From the NCBI GenBank assembly GCA_036785375.1, contig JAWMAR010000210.1, positions 1,426,001-1,490,000 on the forward strand: a DNA stretch of 64,000 nt, in the 5' to 3' direction. This DNA is from Leucoraja ocellata (Eukaryota). This document shows positions 39,895 to 52,449 of this stretch, piece by piece (the first letter of the stretch is position 1; each line of letters starts with the position of its first letter). A program made the translations under genes and the position numbers. The notes beneath the pieces are model-generated. The model ran no database searches, was not told where the DNA came from, and saw only the letters and a program-made list of their open reading frames with translations.

Positions 39895-40048
39895 CTAGAT
39901 GCGCTGGGACGCATCCTCAGTGATGTGACCTGGGGTCATCGGGTGTTTCGGGTCTCACAACATCAGACACCCTTGCCCAGGTGACCCAGCCGGGGTTGAT
40001 CAGGCCCCGACTTGCATCCCAGCAGCAACCGCCCACGGATCAGCCCTC
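39895..40048 (-). mobile_element. 3' end of a non-LTR retrotransposon (probably HERO/R2-Hero type), highly structured
   Basis: Minus strand ADPWAVAAGMQVGA* followed by ...GGGTGTCTGATGT...GACCCGAAACACCC...ACATCACTGAGGA resembles my recollection of fish HERO 3' ends (not verified by search). Multiple complementary blocks. Confidence 0.55.
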
Positions 40049-42215
40049 TAAATAACTACTCTGTAGTGATTGGGAGACTCTAGTGCGTGGAGGGACTGGG
40101 CTCTGTGGGGTGAGTCCCGGACGGGCTCCTCCTGCATCTCACCAGGTTCAAGGCCTGTGCGGTGCACCTCTTTCTCTTTCTCCGAGCATTTCATTCTCAT
40201 CTCATTCTCGCCACGGTGGTTGTCATCTTAGTACTTTCCAAATTGGCACAAACTGCTGTAGTAACTCAGCGGGACCGGCAGCATCTCTGGAGAACATCGA
40301 TGGGAGATGTTTCGGGTCAGGAAACCTCTTCATCTCTTTCTTAGTTGTGTTTTCCTTGTTGTTCCATAGTAGAAGCTTTGCGGAAAGAAGGGAACATAAA
40401 CATGTAACAAACAAAACTGACTGCGGTTAGATTGACCATCACACAAGGTTTGAGAGGACAGCTACCTTTTGAGTGGATTTAATCTCGCATGATGTAGATC
40501 ATTCGGATACATGTCTAACCATCAAAATGAACGTAGGAGATACTCTGGCCAATCACATGCAGCAAAATTGTATCCGATCCAAAAACGTAACTAATTCCTC
40601 ATCAAAATCATGTCAGGAACCCAAACCTGCTGTTCTGGAGACAGCAACAGGCTTTTCTTAATACTGTGTATGGACTTAGTGAAGCTGCTTCACAGGTTTG
40701 CTTGTAATCTAGATACCGAATGCAGGTAGTAGTGAAAGCTAAGTAGTTCCACAATTTGCAGCAAAAGACTGCAGCCCCCGAGCCTGACCTAAAGTAATAG
40801 GCTACAACTAAGCAATTAAAAAGAAGTAGAAACAAAGATGCTGGTTAATATGCGAAACGACACAAAGAGCTGGAATAATTCAACGGGTCAGGCAGTATCT
40901 CTGGAGAACATGGATAGGTGAGAAGGGTATGGTCGAGGCCTGTCTACAGGAGGGTAGTGGCTCCTCCAACCATGTTGTGTGCGCAACAGACAAGGCTGAA
41001 GTGCCTGAAAGTATCACTGACTGAATTTGTGTGATTTTGTTCCAAAATCCTGACCCACCAATCAACTTAGTTTTCTCCATGAAAATACAAAGAATCAGCT
41101 GAATGCCAGGGCACAATGAGGGCCATGGGGCCAGACACCCAGATAGTTATGCTGGGGACCAACAAACAGGTGCAGTTATAGCCTGCCAATATATTGATAC
41201 CACTGTAGCACTGCCATCTACCCAACAATATTGAATATTGCCAAGAAATCAGATAAAAAACAAACACATCCAGCTACTGTCCTTTAAGCCCCTTCCCAGC
41301 TGTCAGCACTGATTTGGAGTCAGGAAACATGTCGTGAATTAAAGAAGAAAGAAGAAACTATAGATGCTGGTTCATTGTTCAAAAGACTCAATGTGCTGGT
41401 GTATGGGAGCTTTTGTTTCGGGTCAAGATCCTTCCTCAGACTTGTTCAACCTGAAACATCACCAATCCATGCAGTCCAGAGATGCTGCCTGACCCGCTGA
41501 ATTACTCCAGCACTTTACGTCCCCTTGTCAATTGAGCACCTGTTTGCTGATATTTTGCTAAGTATTGTAGCTAGTGGGGTTTGATTCTATCAAAGTCTCG
41601 ATCCAAACATGGATGTTCAAAAACACACAAACATTACAGAAGAGTTGAGAGTAGCTGACTGGAACCTCACTTTCACTTGGACTTGCAGAAAAGGAATCCA
41701 AGCAAAACTGAACAATGAAACTCAAAACAGAATTGCTTGTGGAACCTTTGTCAGTTCAAACATTTTCAGTTGTGCCATCAGTGACTTTTCATTGGTATTC
41801 AATTAAAAAAATAATTATATCTGGTGTTCATTCCAATGTGACTCGTAATGCTGAAACTATTCCAGACAGCCTCAAGCAGGGCCTGAAGGACATGCAAAGT
41901 TGTGCGACGAGTTAAAATCAGCATTTCCGGCCACTAGGTTCAACATCATTACAATGCTGAGCATCAAGAAGCTCTTCTATCTCCCCATGATCTTCCATGA
42001 CACCCCATGCCTTTGATCTCACTGCCAGAGACATCTAGGATTCGTTGGTGGCCTGGAACAGTTGTGTCAGCACCTAGGCAATAAGTAAAAGATGGTGTTC
42101 GGGTACTGTGGATTGTGCAGCTTGCCTCATCTCTGAAAACTTAATAATCGTCTTTAAAATCTGAGTCAAGTGTAATGGAAACATTGTCACTCGCCTTGAA
42201 TGGGTAAAACTGGAA

Positions 42216-42443
42216 AGGGCCTGTCCTACTTTCACGACCTAATTCACGACCTTTTTTACTCGTGGACATTTTACATCATGGTAGAAAAACGCCCCAACCT
42301 ACTTGATGCCACGAGTACCTATGACTAGCATCACGGCCTACCTACGACCTACCTACGACCTTGTGACGACCATGCTGTGAGTATGATTCAAGGGCAAACT
42401 CGGCAGAGGTCGTGAATTAGGCCGTGAAAGTGGGGCAGGCCCT
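42216..42443. mobile_element. Harbinger-like MITE (same family as 10018-10243)
   Basis: TIRs AGGGCCTGTCCTACTTTCACG / CGTGAAAGTGGGGCAGGCCCT; internal sequence closely matches the 10 kb copy. Confidence 0.88.
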
Positions 42444-43079
42444 TTACTGTACTTGAAAGATATAGTTTATTGATCAAAACTCTACTTTTCCTGCAAATGA
42501 ATCCAACTAAAACAGCGTTTCCTATTCATTGCAAGGTGTCTTCAGCAGAATCCCATCGACCAGTACATTTCCAATAACCGAGCAAAACATTTCTTGGGTC
42601 ACTTTAGCTCCAGGCTTTGATTGAGGTTTAGGACATCAAAACAGGAAAGCAAACAGAAACAAATATTTGTTTGGGTATTTTTCAAATACTAATGGATGTA
42701 TTAAATGGACAAGGAGACTGCTGATGCTGGAGTCTTCAGAACAAAAATAAAATGTTGGAGGAACTTGGTGGGTCAGACAGCATCAGTGGAGGAAAATGGA
42801 CAGACGACATTTTGAGTCCAGACCCTTTAAACTGAAAAAATTCCCGAACCAAAATGCCATCTGTCCTTTTCCCTCCACCTATGCTGCCTGGCCTGCTGAA
42901 TTCCTTGAACACAGTGTTTTCTGCCCATTGAATATATTAAGCCATATTTCACAAGACATCGTATTTGCCAGTCTTTCTATTTCCACCTTGGGTTACCCAG
43001 TCATTGGTAAGAACAGCATGTCAAAACACTGTTTCAACAGAATTGGAAATGGCTTATGTAATGACATTGAATCATACAG

Positions 43080-43815
43080 CAATGAAACAGGCACTTCGGT
43101 CCAACATGCCCCATCTAGACCTGCATTTGGCCCTTATCCCTCTAAACCTGTCCTATCCATGTACCTGTCCAAATGTCTCCAAAAGCTTTTGTGATAGTCC
43201 CTGCCTCGGTAGCTCATTCGATACACTCACCACCCTTTGTGTTAAAAAGTAACCCCTCGGATTCCTATAAAATCTTTCCCCCCTCACCTTAAATCTATCC
43301 TATCCCTGTACCTGTCCAAACGTGTTTTAAATGTTGTTATAGCACTACCTCCTCTACAGCTCGTTCCTTATACCAATCACCCTTTGTGTAAAAAAAAGTT
43401 GCCCTTCAGGTTCATATTAAGTCACCCCCCGTTCACCTTAAACCTATGTCCACTGGTTCTTGATTTCCCTACTCTGGGTAAAAGACTCTGCATTTAACCT
43501 ATCTATTTTCTTGATCTTATACACTTCTATAAGATCATCCCTCAACTTCTTGAGCTCCAAGGAATAAAGTTCTAGCCTCCTCAACCTCTCCCATATTGCT
43601 CAGGCTCTTGAGTCCTAGCAAGATCCCCGTAAATCTTCTCTGCACCGTTTCCAGTTAGACATCATCTTTCCTATACCATGGTGACCAAAACTGAACACAA
43701 TACTCAATGTGGCCTCACCAACATCTTTTATAACGGCGACATGACCTTCCAACTTCTATGCTCAATACTCTGACTGATGAAGGCCAATGTGCCAAAAGCC
43801 TTTTGCCAACCCTAT
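43080..43815 (-). mobile_element. Older CR1 family fragment
   Basis: GACCAAAACTGAACACAATACTC...GCCTCACC (reverse of RPHLEYCVQFW), with a duplicated 3' segment. Confidence 0.75.
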
Positions 43816-44911
43816 TGTATTCCCTTAAAATTCAGCAGCAATTGAAAAATAGGCCTTAAATTTAGATCCATCAGACATCACGCATGTTACAGCACATACT
43901 GTTTTGATTCCAACATGAGTGCACATTTGGTGACTCATGATAGATGTCATTTGGTGAGAGTGTAGTCATGCTCAGTGAAGGTCTGCAGAGTTGGCAGATG
44001 TTAGTAAGACTTGTGTTGCAGAGCTCAACACTTCAGGTTACAACGTGTCTAAACCTCATACAGCTGAACCTAAGTATTTCAATGGATCACCAACTTGTTT
44101 TGGATTGCTTGCTGGTTGATTCTACTGGCTTTGGCTATGATTGCACAAGTATTTGGGAGGTTTTAAGAGTTCTTTAAAGTTGCAGAATACTACAATGAAT
44201 GATAACCAGGTGCCACTGGACTTAATTCTGACATCAAAGCTTTTGAACACATCAGATGGTCCTAGATGGTGTGCGCTTATAAAGTGCATGAATGGGCAAA
44301 TGTCATGCAGAGCTGGGTAAACACCTGGATGTGGGCTTCCTGTATGAAGCTGTATACACAAGGGGTGTTCAGGAAGCATTTTTCCCATTTTAACGTTAGC
44401 CTGGAACAGAGTGAGGACTTGATGAAGGAGAACATCAATGAAATTTAGCATCTCCTGTATCCACAATTGAACATGACAAGAAACATGTTGCTAATGATCA
44501 TCAAGATGGTGGTGGCTGTGAACTCTGACATGGTGGGCTCCTTCTGGGATGGAGCTGGAGATATACCTCCACTATTGCAATAAGGAAGGTTACTGGTGTT
44601 CTCTTTTCCAAAAGAGATAGCTACATTTATTTTTATTTTTCCCGAGAATAGAATAGAAGGCAGAATAAGCACGTAAATCTCATCATAGTTTTGGATGTCG
44701 TCAACTGTTGGTTGTGGCACCCATTGTTTTAGATAAGTAAGTAATTTCTTGCCTATGGCAATGGGTAAGAATGGGAAGTGCGTGTCACTGGTTGACAGTG
44801 GTGAAGGATGATGTATCAAGCTTATTAAGAAATAGAATCCAATCACACTGTATTTGCATGTTTTCTTTTAATCTGCAAACTGTTTCACACTAAAATAATA
44901 TTAATTGTGAT

Positions 44912-45207
44912 ATAGACACAAAAAGCTGAAGTAACTCAGCAGGACAGGGAACATCTCTGAAGAAGGAATGGGTGATGTTTCGGGTCGAAACCCTTCTTCA
45001 GACAGAGTATAACATTAACGCTAGAGTCAGATGACATAGTCTGAAGAAGGGTCTCGACCCGAAAATTCTGGAGTAAGTCAGCCAGACAGGCAGCATCTTT
45101 GTAGAGAAAGAATGGATGATACTTCATGTCCCGACCCTTCTTCAGACTGACTGGATTTTAAGTCTATTTTCAGTGTCAACCAGCATCTGCAGTTCCTTCC
45201 GACACAA
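44912..45207. mobile_element. Cluster of rearranged PLE terminal fragments
   Basis: Hammerhead-like cores at 44974-45001 (-) and 45041-45064 (+), plus further inverted pieces. Confidence 0.75.
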
Positions 45208-47429
45208 TATTAACCGAGCGTTGAACGTTTACAGCGCTCTAAAGGGCATCAAAATGGCAACAAAATTGGTTTATATTTAATTTCCTACTGCATCAACTTG
45301 CTCTTTCCTACCTTAAGCTGAGCAATAAGGCTGCAAGGGACAGGAAAAGAGAAATCACCTTTGTCAGATTTTCACTTCTGCTGCAGGGACAGAACAGTTG
45401 AGTCTACTATTGTCAAGTGTACCGAGGTACAGTGAAAACATTTTTTTGTTGCGTGCTATGCAGTCAGTGAAAGGACTGCATGATTACGATCAAGCTGTCC
45501 ACTGTGTAGAGATACAGGATAAGGGAATAAGATGAGCATAGTTAGGATAAGAAATGCTGCTATTGAAATAAGTGTGTGCTGTAAAAGAGTGGAGCGATTG
45601 TAATGAATGATTGCAGATCTACCTCTGGGAGCCGCAGGTAGAGAGGCATCTGGCATCAACACCATCTTGAATATGGCACTGATTGGATGGGGGGAAAGCA
45701 TAGATGCATAAGATGCATATGAATTTGTTGAATAGTGCTTTATTTATCATTTATGCAACTGCACAGTGAAATTCATTTTGCATATATTACACATGCAGGC
45801 TCTGCCATTTCTGACGCCATTAGTCAAAATCTAAACTCTGGTCAGCCCATCTTGACCATCTTGTTGTCTTGCAGCCGACCTTGAAAGTGCTGGAGGCATT
45901 ATCGTGGTTCACCCTCCTACCGGCTCATGGTCCTCATGTTCGATGTCTCCAGCTGCCACCCAGTTACGCTGTCTGCCGAGCCTCCGGGCAGGTCCCTGGT
46001 CCCACCCACTGACGAACCTTCAGTCGGGACCCGACGACGACATGCTTGAGGACGTTTGGGAAGGGAAAGGTGGTTAGAGCTAGGATAGGCAGCAGTTCAC
46101 CATGACTGGAACGTCAGGATAAGTTCTTTGAGGAAAAATTGGATGGCAGACTTGAAGGGGAGTTGTTCAGTAACTGGTGAGGGAAAATTTTACAAAATCA
46201 GATAACTTAAGGTCAGGATGGCCTTTTCGACAGTGGTGTCAAAGTTCAATTTACCGTTAATATTATTTGCTGTGAAACATAATGTAGATTAAAATAAAAC
46301 AATTAAGCAGGAATGTCATTTTGTGCTATTTCTTACCAACATACTGTATAAGGAATTGGATTATATGCATGTAAAGTCCCACAGCTGAGCTGATGGAAGA
46401 GTTCATTCCAGGTTGTTGAGTAGTTTGTGTCGGAAGGAACTGCAGATGCTGGTTTACACTGAAAATAGACTTAAAATCCAATCGGTCTGAAGAAGGGTCT
46501 GGACCTGAAATATCACCCATTCTTTCTCTCCAAAGATGCTGCCTGGCTGGCTGACGTAGAAACATAGAAAATAGGCGCAGGAGTAGGCCAATCGAGCCTG
46601 CACCACCATTCAATATGATCATGGCTGATCATCCAGCATGTTCAGTCTGTTGATGTTGAGTAGTGTGATCGAGTGTTGTATGAGATTGGGGGTGAAGACT
46701 GTATTCAACTAGAGTTGAGGGATATAGATGGGGTCAGGTAAGATCATTTAGATTGGGGATCCAGGGGTTGGGGACAGAGTGATCAGAGGTTTGGAATATA
46801 GAAGTTGGGGCAGAGAGATAATCATGCAGTAAAGAAATAAATTATTTGGAGCCACATTATTGTGATGGACTCTTACATGTTCACTGAAATAGCCTCGCAA
46901 GTCATTCCCTGGGATTAAAAAACCTGCACTGAAAAACAAAAGAATCAAAGAAAACCAAACACTTGATATGGATGTTGACACTGGATCTGGATAAGACAAC
47001 GTTTACATTTGGTCAAGTCAACCCTGCAAAATTCCTCATAAACCTCTGAATAATGATTTCTTAATTGGGGAGCTTTCCCACAGATTTATCAAATGACATC
47101 CCAGACATACTTGCACTCAGAGAATACATCATCCATCATAATCCCGGTATGTGTTTTATCCCACCAGCATTAAAGATCCACTAGAACTAGCAGCACTATG
47201 GGATACTTTATCCAAATGTTATAAGGAGGCATGTTTTTAAATGAAACGTAACTCAAAAGTTATCTCCATGAGGTTTCAGAAGGTTGTATCTGTTTGAAAG
47301 CCTTTGATATTTGATATTTGAAATTCTAGGGAAAGTGCAATGTGTCTTTAAAAAGGTGCAAAATCCTTATAATATTTTTTTTGGTTAACTCTTTACCATA
47401 AACGTATCTGGACTGTCAACAGTCTGGAC

Positions 47430-47775
47430 CAGGGGTGGGGAACCTTTTCATGTAGGAATGCGGCATTGTTAGCTGTAATCTAACAAGGCCGCATCCAAGA
47501 AACTTCAATTAAATATACTTCAAAATGTACATTATTACTAATGATTTAATTGTGGCCGTCAATCGGGGAGGATTATTTCGTTGAATCTTCTTTTACTCTT
47601 TGGTATTTTAAATATGTTCATTTTAAGATTAAAATAAAAATAATAATAAACGAACAAAAACGTATTAATGAAAATAAAAGGATTTGTTCTACAAAATCTG
47701 GATTCATTCAAAAGGCCGCACTTGATGGCCTAGAAGGTCGCATGCAGCCTTAAGGCCGTAGGTTCCCCACCTCTG
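47430..47775. mobile_element. hAT (Charlie-type) MITE
   Basis: TIRs CAGGGGTGGGGAACC / GGTTCCCCACCTCTG. Perfect TSD GTCTGGAC (47422-47429, 47776-47783). Confidence 0.92.
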
Positions 47776-47910
47776 GTCTGGACAGTAACTTAAGCAAAAA
47801 ATCATAGATGATGGAAATCTGAAACAGATGCTGGAAATACTCAGCAAGTCGGACAGCATTCGCAGTGCAAGAAACAGGTTTATCATTTCATGTCAATTAT
47901 CGCTGTTTGA

Positions 47911-48111
<201 letters not shown>

Positions 48112-48652
48112 TAATGATTTTGAAATGTACAGTCACTTTTGAAGCACAGATAGAATTAATAACTCATTAAGGGAAAGATTGCAAGTTATTACCTGCAAGG
48201 TGGATTCAATTGCTGTTTTTTCTTTTTGTACACATGATATATTCTTTTTTATTAGGAGTTTATATAATTTCTCTTGGTTATTCTTTCACTGCTATCCTAC
48301 CACATGACATATATTTTCCACAGCTCTTTTAACCTTTTACTTCATAATACTAATGAACCCATTCTGACATTTAATTCCTTCAGCATGTACTTTGCCTGAA
48401 GCAATTTTCTCAGTCATTGTTTTCTTTCTGTATCGTCTATTTTTAATCTGACTGTTTTGTCCATTTTGGCCTCATGGATTGGCACTTCCATGAGATCCAT
48501 ATTTTGAAACATCAACCACCTCACAGTTTGGATGTGGAAATCTTTTATTGACAATAATATTAAAAGTTCTAAGATATAACAACACCAGATTTTGGTTTAC
48601 AATGGGAATTCAGAGGTTTTATACCATTGTAAAAGGCACCAATTTTAAATTT

Positions 48653-48883
48653 AGAAACATAGAACATAGAAATTAGGTGCAGGAGTAGGCCATTCGGCCC
48701 TTCGAGCCTGCACCGCCATTCAATATGATCATGGCTGATCATCCAACTCAGTATCCCGTACCTGCCTTCTCTCCATACCCTCTGATCCCCTTAGCCACAA
48801 GGGCCACATCGAACTCCCTCTTAAATATAGCCAATGAACTGGCCTCAACTACCCTCTGTGGCAGAGAGTTCCAGAGATTCACC
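48653..48883 (-). mobile_element. Young CR1 3' end
   Basis: Near-identical reverse complement of ~49553-49780. Confidence 0.92.
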
Positions 48884-49225
48884 GCATTTAGTCTTTGTTA
48901 CCAGGTCTCTCCTGACCTGTCCCACAGTTCTAATAATTGCTCAGTTGAATGTAGAGTACAGTTGTTCAAAACATAAATGTCACATAAGATGTCAATGAAA
49001 ATAAAATTATTTTGGCAGTCTGAGAAACGACTACTGGAGTTTTCAACAAAACTTTATTCGAAAGCTCAAGTTGCAGCATACAGGTTAATCAAACACGTCT
49101 GCCCACATCGGTGGTCAGTGTTGAATTCACACATGCAAAGGAAAAACCGCGCGAAAACAACAGCCCCTCCCGAGTCACGTGACCGCGGCTTCCGAACGCC
49201 GGGTATGATATCTGCGTGCGCTAAC

Positions 49226-49780
49226 TGTATTGCGTACAGTTTTGGTCTCCAAATCTGAGGAAGGGCATTATTGCCATAGAGGGAGTGCAGAGACGGTTCA
49301 CCAGACTGATTCCTGGGATGTCAGGACTGTCTTATGAAGAAAGACTGGATAGACTTGGTTTATACTCTCTAGAATTTAGGAGATTGAGAGGGGATCTTAT
49401 AGAAACTTACAAAATTCTTAAGGGGTTGGACAGGCTAGATGCAGGAAGATTGCTCCCGATGTTGGGGAAGTCCAGGACAAGGGGTCACAGCTTAAGGATA
49501 AGGGGGAAATCCTTTAAAACCGAGATGAGAAGAACTTTTTTCACACAGAGAGTGGTGAATCTCTGGAACTCACTGCCGCAGAGGGTAGTCGAGGCCAGTT
49601 CATTGGCTATATTTAAGAGGGAGTTAGATGTGGCCCTTGTGGCTAAGGGGATCAGAGGGTATGGAGAGAAGGCAGGTACGGGATACTGAGTTGGATGATC
49701 AGCCATGATCATATTGAATGGCGGTGCAGGCTCGAAGGGCCGAATGGCCTACTCCTGCACCTTATTTCTATGTTTCTATG
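49226..49780 (+). mobile_element. Young CR1 3' fragment
   Basis: Intact QRRFTRLIPG...GYGEKAGTGY ORF end plus tail. Confidence 0.94.
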
Positions 49781-50860
49781 CTACATTATATTATTAGAAT
49801 CCTTTTAGACAGATAATCTAGGAAAATATATGGAGCAGATTCTTCTGACTTGCACGCAAACCTTTAAAGAATTCCTTTCACCTCCCTATTACACTGCAGC
49901 TGATCACTCATAAAACTCCATAAAACTGGTTTTCTTTTTGTTACACATGCATAAGATGGCTTACTGTATGAAACAATTACTTACCGGCACGTGAATTCTT
50001 AATTAAGATTTTCAATTTGGTGTTGGCCTTTACACAATATTTTGGAATGAGTTACAGAGATTGACTATTCAGAGAGAAATGTTTGATACGCCTTAATGCA
50101 TGTTGTTCCAAATAAGACAATTACATACCTGTCGAGTAAACCACAGGAATCAGTACAATTATGCAAACTATTTGGGCAGTTTCCAAATAAGGCCAATTCA
50201 TGTTAGTATCAGTTCTGTCAAATCTAAAACATACATATATTCTCCAGGTGAAAGCGGCACATCTTGTGTATTTGCATATATTTCTAAGGTGTTTATATTC
50301 GTAACAAAGCTCTTAAGAATATTGAGTCTAATGCACAAATTGTAGGGTCTCACAGATATTGGTCAACAATAGTTAGTGTTCAACTATTGCCAAAAGTAAG
50401 GTAAGTATTTCAATTTGATGAGGATGTTCGTTGTTACAGATGTTCATGGTTGTGAGTAATACTACATTGAAAACACCAGACCAGGGCCAGGAGAATAACA
50501 ATGCAGCGCCTATCTTATGGTGAATTGTTGAGGGCATTATTTAAATTGTTCATTGCTGTCAGAATAAATTCTATCCACTGTGATACCTTATATTCTGCTA
50601 GTTCATTAAAATAATCTTAGTCTAAATATGCCTTTTAAATTACCATTGTAGTGTATTTCATATTTATTCAATTTAAGCTTAATATTTATAGTTTCCAATG
50701 TCAAAAAAACAATGCAACTACCATCATAAAACTGCCATGGTTACAAAGAATAATTTTATTTTCATTGTTTAAAATATAAACAAAACTGAGTTGAGCAAAT
50801 ATTTTCAACTCGTGTGAATAGGTTCGTCTCTACCTTTTGGGAATTGAGATTTATAGTGAA

Positions 50861-51520
50861 CTAGACCAAGTGCAGACCCGTTGGGTCTGTTCCCCCAAAG
50901 TGCGGTTGTGGGGGGGGGGGGGGTGGAGGCGGCATGCAGCGTCACACACTAACTATCCCCCCCCCCCACACTCACGCTAATTACCCCCCTTGATATTATA
51001 TTAATATTATTAATTTGCTCCTTTTACCCCATAACCACCCTATCTACTGACGCATAGCCCCCAACTTGCAGTCACATCTAGAGAGAGAGAGACAGAGACA
51101 CAGAGAGAGGGGCAAGAGGGATAGGGGGGTGGAGAGGAGGGTAAGAGGGAGGGTGGGTGAGGGGGGAAAGGTGGGGGATGAGGGGAGGAGAGAGAGGGTG
51201 AGAGTGAGGGGGAGGGTGAGGGGGAGAGGTGGGGAGCAAGGAGGGGGAGCGTGGAGGGAAGAGCGTAGGGGGTGTGAAGGGGAGGGGGTTTAGGGGAGGG
51301 AGGAAGGGTGGGGGAGGGGAGAGAGAGAGAGAGAGAGGGAGCAGGAGAGGGAGAGGGGGGGAGGAGGAGGAGAGAGGTGTGCTGAGAGGGGGGGGAGATG
51401 AGGGGAAGGGGAGAGGTGGGGAGCAGGGAGGGGGAGGGAGGGTGGAGGGAAGGGGGTAGGGGTGTGTGGAGGGGAGGGGTGTTTAGGGGTGGGATGGTGG
51501 GGGAGGGGATGGATGGGAGG

Positions 51521-51558
<38 letters not shown>

Positions 51559-51926
51559 TTTAATTCAACCCAAACAACCATTTGCAGGCAGTGCTTTTGT
51601 ACTTCAACTGACTATATGTGTCATTTTCAAACCAAATTAAGGGTGCTCACAGTGCTGTAAACATTTGTTCAGCACCTCACACCACTTCCTGGTCTATAGT
51701 CCCTTCCCCTGCCTCCAGCGGGGGCAGCAAAGAGAATGAGGGATTTTGTAAAAACATTAATATCTCTGTCATATTTCATCGACGGGAAAAATCCTCGGCA
51801 CACATACGGCGGAGGGGGGCTCTGAGCGAGGTGGCCAAAAATAACGGCCATAGGTGGCGGCGTTCTCTCGGAAATTGCAGCACGGATCGCCAAAACCGGT
51901 CAAGAACAGAGTTTTAGTAATATAGA
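50861..51926 (-). mobile_element. Non-autonomous Helitron
   Basis: Minus strand starts A|TC (TCTATATTACTAAAA) and ends CTAG|T. Subterminal hairpin CAGACCC-GTT-GGGTCTG (50873-50889) sits 8 nt from CTAG. No TSD. Confidence 0.85.
51080..51556 (+). repeat. G/A-rich polypurine tract bracketed by (GA)n
   Basis: Almost entirely G and A, with dozens of GGG runs; lies inside the Helitron. Confidence 0.9.
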
Positions 51927-52449
51927 TAGCTTAAATGTCAGTGATTAATTACTCGCAATATTTTCATTGGTGAAGGTCCATATTATCTGACAATGGTGCA
52001 GATACTCCCCAACGTACGCAATAGGCAACATATGTAATCTTGCATTTACATAATCAATTCTGTACTCAGTCCCTAGAGCAATCAGTTTACATTTATATTT
52101 CCAGTTTACGTTTCCAAGCTGCATCTCTAAACTAAACTCAACCAAAAGACTACTTGCCCACTATGTGCTGAGGGGGCAGATTACAGAAGGGACCATCACT
52201 GAGAGACAGATTACACATGGGCACACCATTCCCGATCCAACAACTGAAAGGAGACAGAGATGTACCTGCAAATCTTGGTTTCTTTCCCATCCTGAGCTCA
52301 CTTCAGACTGAAGGTTCTAAACCTGTAAGAAGAAAAAACCAAGAGTACTTAAAACTCAAATGCATTTCCAAACTCTCCTTCCCCTTCCACACTTATGAAA
52401 CGCGACTTGCAATTTTGCTCTGGTGGGACCCACTGGAAATTAAAACTAA

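Noticed and set aside
43944-44570. Possible tubulin-like or env-like pseudogene (LDCLL; KLYTQGVFRKHF)
   Set aside because: Only faint motif resemblance in different frames, which cannot be supported without a profile search.
51066-51640. Gly/Arg/Glu-rich ORFs
   Set aside because: Artefacts of the G/A-rich low-complexity tract, which lacks stop codons.
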